From Octopus bimaculoides (lineage: Eukaryota): a stretch of 64,000 nt of DNA. Below are positions 28,589 to 42,227 of the stretch, piece by piece (the stretch's first letter is position 1; each line of letters begins with the position of its first letter). The position numbers and the translations under genes are program-made. The stretch lies in contig NC_068984.1 in the NCBI RefSeq assembly GCF_001194135.2, positions 64,947,013 through 65,011,012 on the forward strand, written 5' to 3'. A model generated the notes under the pieces. The model searched no databases, had not been told where the DNA came from, and saw only the letters and a program-made list of their open reading frames with translations.

Positions 28589-28723
28589 NNNNNNNNNNNN
28601 NNNNNNNNNNNNNNNNNNNNNNNNNNNNNNNNNNNNNNNNNNNNNNNNNNNNNNNNNNNNNNNNNNNNNNNNNNNNNNNNNNNNNNNNNNNNTATATACA
28701 TATATATATGCATATATATATAC

Positions 28724-28766
<43 letters not shown>

Positions 28767-29289
28767 GCATATATATATGTGTATATATATATACATATAT
28801 ATATATATTTATATGCATTTTATTAATCCTAAACGAATTACTAAACAAAATGAAAAACACCAGCTAATGCACGTGTACATGTGTTTGTTGTTCTTTATTA
28901 CTTCAAGTTTTTATTTGAAAAACCTTCTATGTAACTATTTGACAACTGATATATATTGAAAGCAGCAAGAGATGACTCTAGAGATAACAACTCCTGTTCA
29001 ATATGTAATTTTTTTATGAGATTCAAGTGGAGGTAATGGTGAAAAACGTTTTGGTGTGCATCAGTGGGTTTTCATGTTTTTAGTGAATTTTCAGAATTTT
29101 ATTATAGTTTTTATTAGCATTTTTTAACTATATATATCTTGATTAATTCATGCATCAAATATTTTTTTTTCTTTCTTTTAATTTTCATCAAAATACTCTA
29201 GGAGTATCACAGAAATTTTTCTTTGTATATTTTGATTTTTGTTTTTGTAAATGTTTGTTTTAATTTATTCCTAGTTGTAGTTTTAGATG

Positions 29290-29475
29290 TTTAACTTCAG
29301 GTCAGCCTTGATCAAGCAGACCTATAATGAAAGGCATTCCAGTTGTGACTATCACTGCATTCTGTAAACCATTTGTTTATTTGCTCAATATATCTCTTTT
29401 TTTTAAGATGGTGACATTTGACCTGAGAAAGATTTGGCTGCAGTTTCGAGTGACCATAAGTGACCATAAGTGACC
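29290..29475 (-). mobile_element. Family 3 SINE-like repeat
   Basis: CAGGTCAGCCTTGATCAAGCAGACCTATAATGAAAGGCATTCCAG and GATTTGGCTGC are the reverse complement of segments at 49940-50118. Confidence 0.65.
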
Positions 29476-31054
29476 CTTTACTGGTTACATTATTTGTATT
29501 ATTAGATGAATACATTTATCGTTTGAAATTAGTTAAGATATTTTGGTTAGCAATCAAAATCTCTCTGTTGTCAGTAGAGCAACTTAAAATACTGGAGGTG
29601 GGGAGGTTTTATAGTTTTTTTGCTTGTCTTTGTAAATAAATTAATCTACTGTGATTCAATTTTACTTAAGTTACCCAACTTCAAAAAAAATCAACAATGT
29701 TTCCTCAAATAAGATGACTTTTGTAATAAAGTTTTTACTTTTCTGCCAAGAAATACATGCTTCTATTCATTTTAATTTTGTTTATCATGTGTGCTTAGAT
29801 TGGGTGAACGCATACAGTTAAACATTTCTCTGTTTCTAGATAATTGGTTTGTTTGACATTATGTTATGTAGACATATCCAACATATGTCATCACAGAAAA
29901 AAAGCTATCAACACTAAGGCTTGCATATGTGATGTTATCACAGTTGTAATGATGATGTTAATGATGAGTGTAGAATGAATGATTTTATTTAAGATGAAAA
30001 ATAACACACACACATACATGCACGCACACTCTTTCTCTCACTCTCTCACTCTATCCAGTACACAAATCCTATCCCGGTTAGTTTTGCTCTGAACAGATGT
30101 CAACAGAAGTCTTGAGCCCACTACATATGCAACAAAATATATATAATGCAAACATCAATGAAAGATAAATACACAAAATGGTCTTATAATTACATACATA
30201 TATCTAAAACCTATGATTAAAAGCTTTTTAAATATTAACAAAAGAAACAAGTTTCTTGAAGTATGAACAACATACTGACAAAGGCAGCATCCCTTAGGAA
30301 AACAAATGTCACAATTCCACCTACCAATTATCCTCAATAAGAATTAGGGAGTTTATATCATCATCCATAAAACATAACAAAATTATGTGAGCATGTATAT
30401 TTTACCTATTCTCTTTATTATCAGTGCTGAGATCACATAGGTGAATATTTAGCTAAAATAATGCAAAGATTTAATAGAATATATATGGCTCTAGCTATTC
30501 CTTGTCTACACAATATTACATTAATCTGTTTTTCAATCAGAATTAAGAAATACAGGTGCTCTTTTTTCGATATCATTTCATCAATATTTCAGTCTTTATA
30601 TTTTCAATAATACAGTGCCTTTACATTACAAATCAATGTAATGAATCCACTTGGAAAGATATTGAATTATACTAACCACTTATGATTTGTCTTGACATTT
30701 AATTATTAAAGGGTTCATCTCAAGATTTTGCTTTTGTTGTATTTGGTCACTCATTACTAATAAGAATCCTAATAAGAATCATAATTTTAAAAAATCTATA
30801 AACATACTCACTGGTTGTTGTTTCTCTATATTTCACTTTTTTTGCTAAAACAGTTGTAGTTTGTTTATAATACCCCAATTATTTTTCACTACATCAGCTT
30901 ATGGCCTTCTCAATGGATACATATTTCTAAACACTTACTTTGTCTTGTTTTTAGTTGTTTAACTAATTTTACTTTTTTTTTACTTCGCTATGATACATGT
31001 GCAACCAAATAACATTAATTACTATAATAAAATACATTTGTCCAATGAAGCTCA

Positions 31055-31122
31055 CTGTAGGACTGAACCCCAAATCACATTACTGAAAAGAAAATTCTTA
31101 ACCACACAACTATGCCTGCATC
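31055..31122 (-). mobile_element. Family 1 SINE head fragment
   Basis: GGACTGAACCCC...AACCACACAACTATGCCTGC is the reverse complement of the tRNA-like head. Confidence 0.6.
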
Positions 31123-34100
31123 TACATACATACATACATACATACATACACATGCAAACATAAATATATGCACACATACAGATATATATACACATATATG
31201 CATACACACGCACACAAGTACATACACACAGATATACCTATATATAAATATGTATACATTAATTGCTGGTAAGGATATCATATTTCGTTTTGCAACTATA
31301 ATATACTACCATGTGTGTTAAATGTTTGTAAGTCAATACTGTGTCTTACTTTTTGTGTTAGCAGTGCAATACAATCACTTACCATGATATTTGCACAGAT
31401 TTTGTTATAGAATTTAGAGCCAACACTGAAAGTTACAATGTTTTGTATATGAATACGTTTATGTAAACAATGTGATTGAAGATAGAAAAAAGGCTAATGG
31501 GTGTACATGCATATTTTAGAAGTTATTGTTCTTTCTTCAGTACTACATCTAACCCATTGACCACACACAAACACATTGTTTAAATAGCCACCAAGTGTAG
31601 CGGTGTTACACTATTGGAGGGACCAATTTACATACTAAACACATTCCTGGCAACTGGAACATAGATGGTTAATGGGTTGCATGTGGTGTTGAACTTCTGA
31701 AACCTGTATACACGCCTATTACCTGTTTTTCTATCCTTGATCACATTGTTTACAAAGACGTATTCATATATAAAATGTCATGACATTCAGTGCTGGCTCT
31801 AAATTCTGTAGAAAATCTGTAGAATATGTAGAGGTAACTTAAAAAGAGAGAAATGTGTATTTATACAAGCATGCAAACACACAGATGTGTGTATGTACTT
31901 GTATAGAAAGATATAATAAAATTTGAAATTATCTTGGGAATTTGACAAGTAGATTGTGGCATTGCCTCTTCTGCTCCTACTCATAGCAATGAAGTAAAAT
32001 AACATATTTCAAGACAGTTCATATATCATTCCAGGATACTGGAAATAGTAATCATTCATTTCCATTTATTTTATGACTCCTTGACACCATTTCATGTGAA
32101 ATGTTTGATTGAAAAACACTGAATGTGCCTTCCATTAGATCCCCAAACTAACTGGCACATTGCCCTTGACTATATGAATGACCAATAAATTCACACACTA
32201 TCTCTCTTCTTCTCTCCATTTACATATGTGTGTGCGTGCACATGTATGTGAGTATGTACAAACACACACACTTTATTTTCAAGTTAACAAGCTACCAATG
32301 GTTTTTCTATTCTGGAGATCCAAAATGGAGATGAGTACTAACGTTTCCATGTGGCATATTTGAAAATTGTAAAGAGAACATTCTTTACATGAAACAATTG
32401 GAAGCCTTGTCAACTCACAAATGACAAATATTTAATCCANNNNNNNNNNNNNNNNNNNNNNNNNNNNNNNNNNNNNNNNNNNNNNNNNNNNNNNNNNNNN
32501 NNNNNNNNNNNNNNNNNNNNNNNNNNNNNNNNNNNNNNNNNNNNNNNNNNNNNNNNNNNNNNNNNNNNNNNNNNNNNNNNNNNNNNNNNNNNNNNNNNNN
32601 NNNNNNNNNNNNNNNNNNNNNNNNNNNNNNNNNNNNNNNNNNTATATATATATATATATATACACACATACATACATGCTTGCATGTATGCATGCATACA
32701 TACATACATACATACATACATACATACATACATACACAAATATACACACATTTATGAATGTATACGTATGTGCAACTGTGTGTTAACATATATACAGGCA
32801 CTGAAGTAGACACTTCAAAATAATTATCCACAGAAATTGCTCTTAGATCTTGTGCAAAACCATTAAATTAACTAACTAATTTAACATGTAACATGGCAAT
32901 AAAAGAACATAAAAATGACAAAAAAAGCTAACATTTAAACTGTATGTAGTTTCTATCATTTCTTTTACCTATGTTAAGTATCTACTACAGGGAGGCTAAG
33001 AATAACTAATAATTTTTTTAGATTAGCTAAAAATATAATAAAATTCTAATTTGGTTATTTTTGACTGTGATAACCCCAATGCATTACCTATAATTATTTT
33101 ATCAACTGTGAAGATCTGAAAAATACAGCATAATTTAATAACAGTACAGAGGTGAGGTACTTAAATTTAGTTAGTTGTCTATTCATTTTGCCCTAGTTAT
33201 TTCAATAGCTGACACACAAGACTTATTGTACAGGCAATTTTGTAAAATGCAGAAATATAGATAAACTGCTCATCCATAGTGTATTGCAGGTATGTATATT
33301 ATCAATTTCATTTTAATTAACCTGTCATAATTCCATAATTATGATTAATTAGATAATCAGAGCAATTAATCATGAAAATGACTAGCTGCAAGGTATAAAT
33401 ACATGAGTGTAGGTCTGGTTGATAGGATAGAGTAAAACCAGCAAGTTGGCTGTGTTTATCCTGTTATTGACTCTGTATAATGCATGTGCGCATATAGGTA
33501 TATGCATACTTGTTATATACATACACACACATGTATACATATTTTGTGTACTGAAAAACAGTTAATCACAATTCCTTATTTCACTACAGTTCCTCTTGTG
33601 AATGTATTTTCTCCCATACTTTATTCCAGTATATAAGGAGAGGACTGACTGGTAGCAGATAGTAAAATCTATTTCATTCTATACATGAGAGAATAACTAA
33701 ATGAAGTATTTATACAACTAAAATATAATCATGTTCAGTTTATTCTCAGAAGAGCTAGAAGCAACATTATGGAGACAGGTATACAATCTAACAGATTTAT
33801 GCTATTCATTCCTTTAAATACTCATTTTGCTTTTGAACAAATGAAACAAGCAATGTACAAGAATATAATTCCATCATTATTTAATATTTACAACTAATTT
33901 TTGCATGAATCATACAATTTTTATGAGTTCTTATATATGATTTAATACATAAACTATGTTAAAATATCGGCATTATTTAAGAAATAAAGAGTAAAATGTA
34001 TAATAAAAATGTCTTGCATGGGAGCAAGTAATGTTCAATTCTTTACGAATTCTTATTCTGAAAGGTAGTTATTTGTGAGAAACTAGCACAATAAGCAGTC

Positions 34101-35991
34101 ATATTGAAAAGAGAAGTTAGTAATTACAACAATAAATACTAACTTCGTAGGATAAGAGTTGGTAGAACCAGAAGCAAGTTATATATGCTATTGTTGTAAA
34201 CTATTTGACTCTAGGACTGATATTTAGAAATATCTTTCTGAAGTAAATGTCAATGGGAAAAGATTAGACAACATTAACTGTAATATATTGTAAAAAAAGA
34301 ACAAAAAAATAAATGCATAAAGAGAAGTCAAAAGAATATAAAACAGGAAAATGCAAAAGCAAAAACAGACAGATATGACTATCCACTGTGTTCATATGTG
34401 GTACTGCTATGGTACTGCTGATGTGCAATGTAAACATTCTCACTGTGCAACTAACTTATGACTTGAATATTGATTGTCATCATAAAAGTAATGATATCTT
34501 CATTCCAACTTGCTTGTGAAATATTCAAGCTGTCCAACCAACACAAAGATTTGCTATGTTCATCCTGCCTCATCAATAAAATACTGGACCTTTGATCTAA
34601 CACAAACAGGAAGAACATAAGTATACACAAAGGTTCACATATACCACAGATATAATTATACACACCCAACAAGCATAAACACATACCATGAACACAAGTA
34701 CATATTCACACATATCATTAATACACTCATAGGTATACTTAAACTCCATAAACAGGTTAGACATTTATTACAACTCATCAATAAAATTCTTATGAAAAGA
34801 ATGATAAATATAGTTTTAGCTTTCCTATTGGTTTTTAAATTTCTCATAAGAGAATATTTAAAATCGATTATTTTGCTAAGGAATTTAAATAAGAACCCAT
34901 AGAAAAGAAAAATGTTTATCAGAATAACAAACCTCTATGATAATACAAAGAACAATGAGATTTTACTGCATTAATGTTCACAGAGAAGTGGTAAATTTAA
35001 GAAGGCACCTCAGAAAATCAGAAGAAAATATATGAAAGAATTTATAGGCTAAGATCAATGCAGTTATTTTCTCTATATTTATAGCAATTACATCAAATTT
35101 AAAAGTTGTAGTAATATTGAATTCTTTCGTAAATATTGATTTCTTTTAAAGGTGTACTAATATTTAGTATTTCTTTTGGACAGTTAATTGGAAGAAATTG
35201 TACAGCATCAGTCAAAAAGAATTAAAGTATTAAGTTTTATCTTTCTGTATTGTGAGTTCAAATTCTGCTTAGGTCAACATTGTCTTTCATCTCTCTCTCT
35301 CTCCATCTTTGGCAAAATAAGCATGAGATTTTATGTACATGGAATGGCCTATCATATGACTGATGAGAGGTAAGATATTAGATACCAAGTCTTTAAATTT
35401 CTTTCATTCTGTGAACAGTTTTAACTTCCTTTATGGTGCAAATAATCTTGGCAAAGGGATGATCATCACAACTCATTTTTTGTTTCTAATAAAAAAATTT
35501 TCAGTTTTCATGTCAGTATAAAAAACAAGCAAGGTAAATGTTTTTCAATATATTTTAATATAACGCTTTGAAGTTTCTTTTACTGTAATTATTACATCAA
35601 GCAATTATTACATCTAAATTTTAAAATTAACTTGAGTCGGTATTTTGCATTGAAACATATTTATAAAGTCTAAAGAGAATAAACATAATGGAAGAAAACT
35701 ATTATCTTGGAAGTCAATAAATTCTTCTAACAAAAGAAAGATATTTACCATTTTGTATATGAAATAAAATACTATTAATTTAATGCTACAGAGGTCTAGA
35801 ATTCTCAAAATATTTTATACTAAAATGTAGCCATTTATATTTCCATGTCATCTGACTGAAAGCTAATTGCAGTATATATTCTTTTGTCAAGAAAGATTAA
35901 ATACAAATAAAAGGTTCTATCTCAGAATTTTTATGTATTCTGCTATTATTGTAATTATTAAGGTATTCATTGGTTGGCTATACAGTATTAC

Positions 35992-36207
35992 ATTGACTTG
36001 AAAGGCAACTTTCCAACTGATGGTAGGAAAAGAACTGCAAAAGATCAGATAACTTAGATCAGTAGCAATATTGTTGTAGTCATTACTTTTGGTGAAACAT
36101 TTCATAAATATTTCTTGCAAGACAAATTTATTATTAATTTCTTTCACTAGTTTTACAATGATTTGCTCAAGGAAATGTAGATGGGATGGTTCAACAAATT
36201 TAAATAT
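35992..36207 (-). CDS. Candidate internal exon (216 bp, phase 0-0) within a 137-codon open frame
   Basis: Minus-strand acceptor ...tctacatcgttttatatgcag and donor AAT|gtaata. Translation IFKFVEPSHLHFLEQIIVKLVKEINNKFVLQEIFMKCF...WKVAFQVN. Longest open frame here not explained by a repeat or transposon; no homology recognised. Confidence 0.3.
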
Positions 36208-37902
36208 CTGCATATAAAACGATGTAGAACATGATTTATATATAAAGCAGAATAAGAAAATGTTTAAGTATTGAGGAGAAAATAGCAAATTGTCTGTGGC
36301 AGAGTTTGGAAATATAACCTTTTTAATCAAAATCTATAACCCTGCAGTCATTTTTTTCTCATAAAAAAATTAAGTATCAAAATCCAGCTGAAGTATGAAT
36401 TTAAAAACATCTACATCACAGTATGAATTATATGTTTTCTTTCATATTAAACCAAGAAACTATGCTAATTTATTAAACAGCTCCTTGACATAGAAATAAC
36501 TGGAGATAAGAATACTGATTTCTTAGAAAATGAAAAGTTGTGATGTTCATATATTTCCCAAAGGTATTATAAGCATAGTGAATATAAATAAATCTCCACA
36601 AGTAAGTGAAACTGCTGAGGGACAACAATTTCAGAAAGATCTCAGAAGCTTTCAGTTTCTATTGAATATTTCTTTTGAGTAAGTTTTCATGCAATCTGTT
36701 ATAATAAAATGGTATATTCTATTTACCTAATGTAGTTTTTTACTGGTATCTACACCTAACAACTCTTAAAAAAAAATGTGAAAGGCTAAGTTGGTTGAGA
36801 AGAATTTGAACTCAGCTGTCTGAAGTTTAATCCTGGATACTGTAATGTAGTTCATCACGCTACTGTCTCGGCAACTTCTGCTTCCAACAATTATTACTAA
36901 CATAACATAAACTTTTGATATATAATCTTAAATGCATTATTACACTGACTTGTATATTTAGGATTGATAAAAGACACGCTAGAGAACTAGAAAATGCTCT
37001 CACATTACAATAAAAACAAAATTAGGACAGAAACAAATGACCATTATAAAGAAACCATATTATTCTGATTCATCTATTAATAAATAGAAGTGTCTTCAAA
37101 TAAGAGAGCAGCTTCACTGAAATTAGGAATTATGAAAATCTTAAATTTTATTAAGTGGAGTTTATAAGAAGGAGAAAGGAATAAGTTGTAAATCAAGAAA
37201 TTTATAAAACGAAAAGAAAAAGATACCCTAAGGTATAGAACTTAATCCTTCAGTAAGACTGCAAATTATGAGTTAAAATTTTTCATCCTTGACCAAACAA
37301 ATTTTCCAAATTATTTTCCTTCATACACTTTATAAGAAATGAAATGAATAATTTTCTATATATGTACACACATATACCTACATTATGGATAAACACTTAT
37401 ATTTGTGTATATGTTTGTCCATAATATGTACATGTTTACACACAACATCATAAAGTGCAATATTTCACCAAATAAAAAGAGTCATGGTTATATTTATCTT
37501 ATTTTCTCTGCATCAAAGTTAAGATATACATATATTTTAAAATAAAGTGGGGGAAAAAATCTAGAAATATGAAATGAGATTTTGACTAGACACATTTAGG
37601 GAAATATACCAAAGTCTGCATGTATAATAATCGTTTTTGTTATGGGCACAAGGCCTAAAATTTTGTAGAGGAGACTAGTTTGTTCACATTGCCCCCAATG
37701 CTCAACTGTAGAAACATTTTTTGGATGATGAACTTATTTCTGACTTCCACAGATGAGGTCTTCACAGCTGCATGATGTGATGGGAGAAGTGTGTGACCAT
37801 TGGCTGTGGCTATGTAGAGAAGGACTAATAATTAAGCCAGGTCTTATTTATCCTAGTGCTTGGGAAGTGGGGCAGGGGAAATCTTTAATGAATACCCCTT
37901 GC

Positions 37903-37954
<52 letters not shown>

Positions 37955-37961
37955 ATGTGTA

Positions 37962-38173
37962 TCATCATCAGCATCATTTAACGTCCAATTTGTGACTTCT
38001 GGCATGGGTTGGATGGTTTGACAGGAGCTGGCAAACCAGAGAGCTGCACCAGGCTCTAATTGTCTGTTTTGATAAGGTTTTTATGGCTGGATGCCTTCCC
38101 TAATGCCAACCACTTTACTGAGTGCACTGAGTGATTTTAATGTGACAGTAGCGCATGTGCTTTATATGTGGCA

Positions 38174-38175
<2 letters not shown>
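37962..38175 (-). mobile_element. SINE or LINE 3' end with RTE-like tail
   Basis: Plus strand CATCATCAGCATCATTTAACGTCC...GGCTGGATGCCTTCCCTAATGCCAACC; similar tail at 50275-50400 and a fragment near 46215-46250. Confidence 0.75.
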
Positions 38176-38209
<34 letters not shown>

Positions 38210-39090
38210 CTATCATTTATAACATTGTAAGGAAAAGACATTTATTTTACAATAATGTCCAGCATGAATTAGCTTTTAAGTATTGTCCTACTATGCAAGT
38301 TACATTCTGGTAAATGATAATAAAGTACAATAGTTAGTGCACTGTGAAGATTCAGAAATTCAACATTTCAGATACTTGACATTCTTTGAAGAGAAGAAAA
38401 TTTATGTATGACAGTATTATAGTCACTTGAATGAAAGAGAATTTGAAGAGCTAAGTGGAGGCAGAAAGTAATGAGAAGCAAAAAAAAAAAAAAATGTGTG
38501 TAGTGGAAAAAAATGTGAAAGGTAGGAGTAGTGAAAGTTCCTAGCAACAATCATGCCACTTGAAAAAAGGAATTTAAGGAGTAGTAAAGATAAGACATGG
38601 GGAAGAGATAAAGAAAAATGAGATGAAAACAATACAAGACAAAATCTTATATACATACATAACACAATTCTAAACTAGCAACACAGAAACATGCAGACAC
38701 ACACAAATAAAATGTCACTTCACTTATAGATTAAGATACTACAATATAATAATGTAGGAATTTCCAGCTTGTGCAAAAGGGAAATTATTTGATCAACAGA
38801 AACTCTTTGATTTATATAAGTCAAAATATTTTAACCCAATAGACATCTGTAATAAGAGCTGAAATCATCAAATTTGTGCATCTGGTTATAAGAATACTGT
38901 TGTAACTAAGTATTAATCTAAAATATAAAGGTATAGAAAATGGACTAAATATGTTTTGATTCATACTGGAGGAACCATTTGCATAGCATTGCAGAAATAT
39001 GCAAGAGATAGAAAAAAACCTTACTCATTTGTAATTCAACATCTGAGGTTTGGTTATTCAACAGAATTTAGGACCTAAGATGTTATAAAT

Positions 39091-39197
39091 CAGTCATGGG
39101 CGACCTTTTCTGAGAAGCAAGTTGTATGTGACACAGTATTTAGGCATGTTATTCAGAAAGTCCCGTGGCCTGCATACCACAGGCTGCCCATTCCATG
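39091..39197. mobile_element. Decayed hAT-type MITE
   Basis: Ends CAGTCATGGGCGACCT and AGGCTGCCCATTCCATG resemble the CAGGGGTGGGCAACCT...AGGTTGCCCACCCCTG termini of hAT non-autonomous elements; a GTGGCC subterminal motif is present. Confidence 0.5.
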
Positions 39198-39969
39198 ATT
39201 GCTATAAATCAACTTTAAAATTTCTGGTTTTCCTCCTGCCTTTTTGGCAAGAATTATCTAGATAATGATTTTTCCCAATACAGAGAGTAAAAAAAACAAC
39301 TCATCTTATATTTGTAGTTTCATTGTTTGCCTTTGTCTGTATTTAAACTGCATGTATAGTTTCACTTTCATGCATAGAAAACATGATAAACATGTAAATA
39401 GAACTGTAACATTTTGTTAGTGGTAAAAGTAATATACTCTGTGATCTATTCTAATTTAAACAATAAATTTAAAACTTCTGATTGAACAGAAAAATTGATG
39501 TTGAAAGGAAAATGATGCTGTTGAAGAGATTTAGTGATTTGTGTCTAGATATTATTGATGACAGTGGTAAGAGAGAGATATATTTAGGATAAAATTGTAT
39601 TGTTAGTTTCATTTTGTATATTAAAAATATTATTATATGTTGGATTACTATGATATATCAGGATTTTATACTGTGCAGTTTTGCAGTTTTATAATTCATT
39701 GATAAAACCATTAAATGAGGGATGATTTTATTTTTGAAAATTTTGTTATAGCATAACATTTTATATGTTGGTGTAATAAAATGTCTATCAATCAAGAGGT
39801 ACTTCCTCCTATTACAGGAGGAATTTCAGGTCTAAAGAGAGGAATTTTGAGAAGAGGTCTATAATTTTGTTAATGCTTTAATTTATAAACTAGAAGTCTG
39901 TGTGTGTGTGTGGGGGGGGGGTTTACATATAAATAATGAAAGTTTTCTGTTTTTACACAGCAGAAGATG

Positions 39970-40140
39970 TCCATGAGTATTTTCCCCAGTCAATCTTTCA
40001 GGCTTCTATGCTATGTTCATTCACAAATGGAACCCCCTCCCCAAATCTCTCTTGCCAGTCTAATAGCTTGCAGTCACAGCTGATGAGATCTAAGATGACT
40101 GAAACATGTCAAATGTTGTTGTCAGTATACTGTTGAAGAT
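39970..40140 (+). mobile_element. Probable Penelope-like element 3' remnant
   Basis: YAMFIHKWNP resembles the GIY-YIG C-terminal EAxxIxxxxPxLN motif and is followed ~45 bp later by a hammerhead-core-like sequence. Confidence 0.45.
40080..40110 (+). ncRNA. Decayed minimal type I hammerhead ribozyme-like motif
   Basis: CTGATGA-GATC-TAAGAT-GACT-GAAAC-AT-GTC: both conserved core boxes, stem II nearly restored if GACT was GATC, palindromic ACATGT stem III, GUC cleavage triplet. Stem I pairing not evident. Confidence 0.4.
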
Positions 40141-40618
40141 CAGATTCCTTCCTAATTAAATTCTATATTTGATTGAATCCATTAATTCTAATTACTTAGA
40201 ATTGGGGAATTGTCTCTCTTTTTGACCACAATTTGTCTGGGATAGTGATTGTTCTCATCACTAAAGGTGTAATTTTACAATTAATACAAGTACCCACTTT
40301 ACCATTATAATTATGACAATTATTCTTAACACCCATTAATGAAAGGAACATTTTTCTTTGTATTCCAACTGGACAGAAATTTGTCATTCTTTTCAAGAAC
40401 GATACTAGCTTTCACATCACTTCCATAATCAACATAGCGAAGGTTTTTCACCCTCCTTTTTGTAGTGGTAAATTTTTGTGACAATCTAGTCTTTCTCAAA
40501 AAAATAATTGTATGAAGGAAACATTGCAACAGTTATTTATGGTAATTGCAATTCGCAACCATTTCAAATACTTATTTTGTTTAAACATGAAGTAGGAATA
40601 CCATTTAGATTTATATTT

Positions 40619-40817
40619 TGTTATATTCATTAAGATGCTAGATTGTTATAACGCCCACTTCAGTATGCAGTATACTTAGTAAAACCAGTTAAGACATGAC
40701 TATCTCGGACTGCCTACTATGTACTCTGGTGCTTCATGTACTTCTCTTTAATTATAGTAATTGGGTTACTCCATTCATCATGTGGAAGTGATGTAGCATT
40801 ATTACTAATTTCCTACA
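40619..40817 (-). repeat. 3' LTR (199 bp), preceded by PPT AAAAGGGGAGA (plus 40818-40828)
   Basis: Direct repeat of 43309-43528; minus strand begins TGTAGG and ends ATAACA. Confidence 0.88.
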
Positions 40818-40914
40818 TCTCCCCTTTTAATTTTTTCTGAGGAAGTGTCATTTTATTTAGCAATATTTTTTCTTTTATTCACCCTACCTCCCTTTTTACT
40901 TTTTTTCGTACAAT

Positions 40915-41760
40915 TTAATATTTATTGCACTTAGCTTCTATTCTCAGGAACTCTGTATGTTTTCTTTTCCTCTCACTTGTATACTTGGGTTCAATCATCT
41001 GCAGTGATGTTGATACTTGGACCATACCATATAACCATTCCATCAGTTCTTCCAATTTCTTTGGTTCACTTTCTACAAATTTCTTTTTCGGTTGGTTCCT
41101 GTGTCCCTTTTGTATGCCTTTTCTAATTTTTACCCAATACATCATTTTACCTATGCATTTGGTAATTACACCATCATCCCAACTCAGCTTTCTTTTCTTG
41201 TATGCCCTCACATACACCTTTTCACCAATTTTAAACAATCTTGTTATGTCTTCCCTAGCACTTTTCCTGTTTTTACCAGGTAGCAATTTATCAAAGACTG
41301 ATTTTACCTTCCTTGCAATCATCAGCTCTGCTGGTAAGCTACCTGCTAGTGTATTCAGATTTGGTGTCACAAGATACACTCTTAAAAATTGTTGTAGAGC
41401 TACTTCATCTGTAATTTCCTTATTCATTTTTCTAAGGGCTCTTTTGAAGGTATCGCAAAGCATTCTACCAGTCCATTAGATCTCGGATGGTATAGTGCCG
41501 TTGTTATATGTTCTACCACAAACATTTCACAAAATTTTTAAAATTCGTTGGACGCAAATTGCATTCCATTGTCAGGCACTATCACATTTGGGATGCCAAA
41601 TCTTGCAAACAATTTGTGTAAAACATTTATCACGGTTGAGGAGGTTGGTTTTTAACACTTACAAATTTCTGGCCATTTCAAGAAATTATCAACTACTACT
41701 AAGTAGTAAGAACCATTTAAAGGACCAGCGAAATTAATGTGTATTCTTGATCACAGAACA
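40915..41760 (-). pseudogene. Gypsy integrase core and C-terminus, disrupted
   Basis: ORF 40915-41463 plus the upstream DDE-core motifs, with stops and substituted catalytic residues. Confidence 0.88.
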
Positions 41761-42227
41761 TCTACTTTTGAATAATGTTTACTTCTTATTGTGGGTAAGG
41801 TCATTTTCCATTTCATTTTGGCTTACATACAGGTGTTCCACTCTGTTTTACTGCAATTTTTTGTCTCAGTCTCTCAGCCACATTTGAACCTTTGACTGAG
41901 TCAACTATATTTCCACAAAACACTTATGGATGTATTCCAAAATTTGAATAGTTCCATCCACTTTGTGCCAAATAAATTCAGTGAACTTTTTAACAAATTT
42001 TTTTGCCATTTTCTTTTTAACTTGAAATGTTACATTACATATGAATTCACTGAAAAAATATAATTTCCTATAACACCATGTGTAATCTTTTTGATTTAAT
42101 TCATTTCAGCATACTGACATATTTCCACATTGTTTTGTTTATAATGGTGATATCACTACTAGAGTCCAACTACATTTTAACATTTGTATTTCTGATTGTC
42201 ACTTTCATGAATTTCCTCATCGTTATA

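Noticed and set aside
33750-33778. 29-bp micro-exon candidate (E)ELEATLWRQ, and similar ones at 13181-13207, 20416-20433 and 55956-55993
   Set aside because: Splice-like pairs around short open frames are frequent by chance in AT-rich DNA; no independent support.
40196-40560. Minus ORFs containing NLRYVDY, reminiscent of an RT YxDD motif
   Set aside because: Second Asp missing and flanks do not match RT domains convincingly; origin left unassigned.
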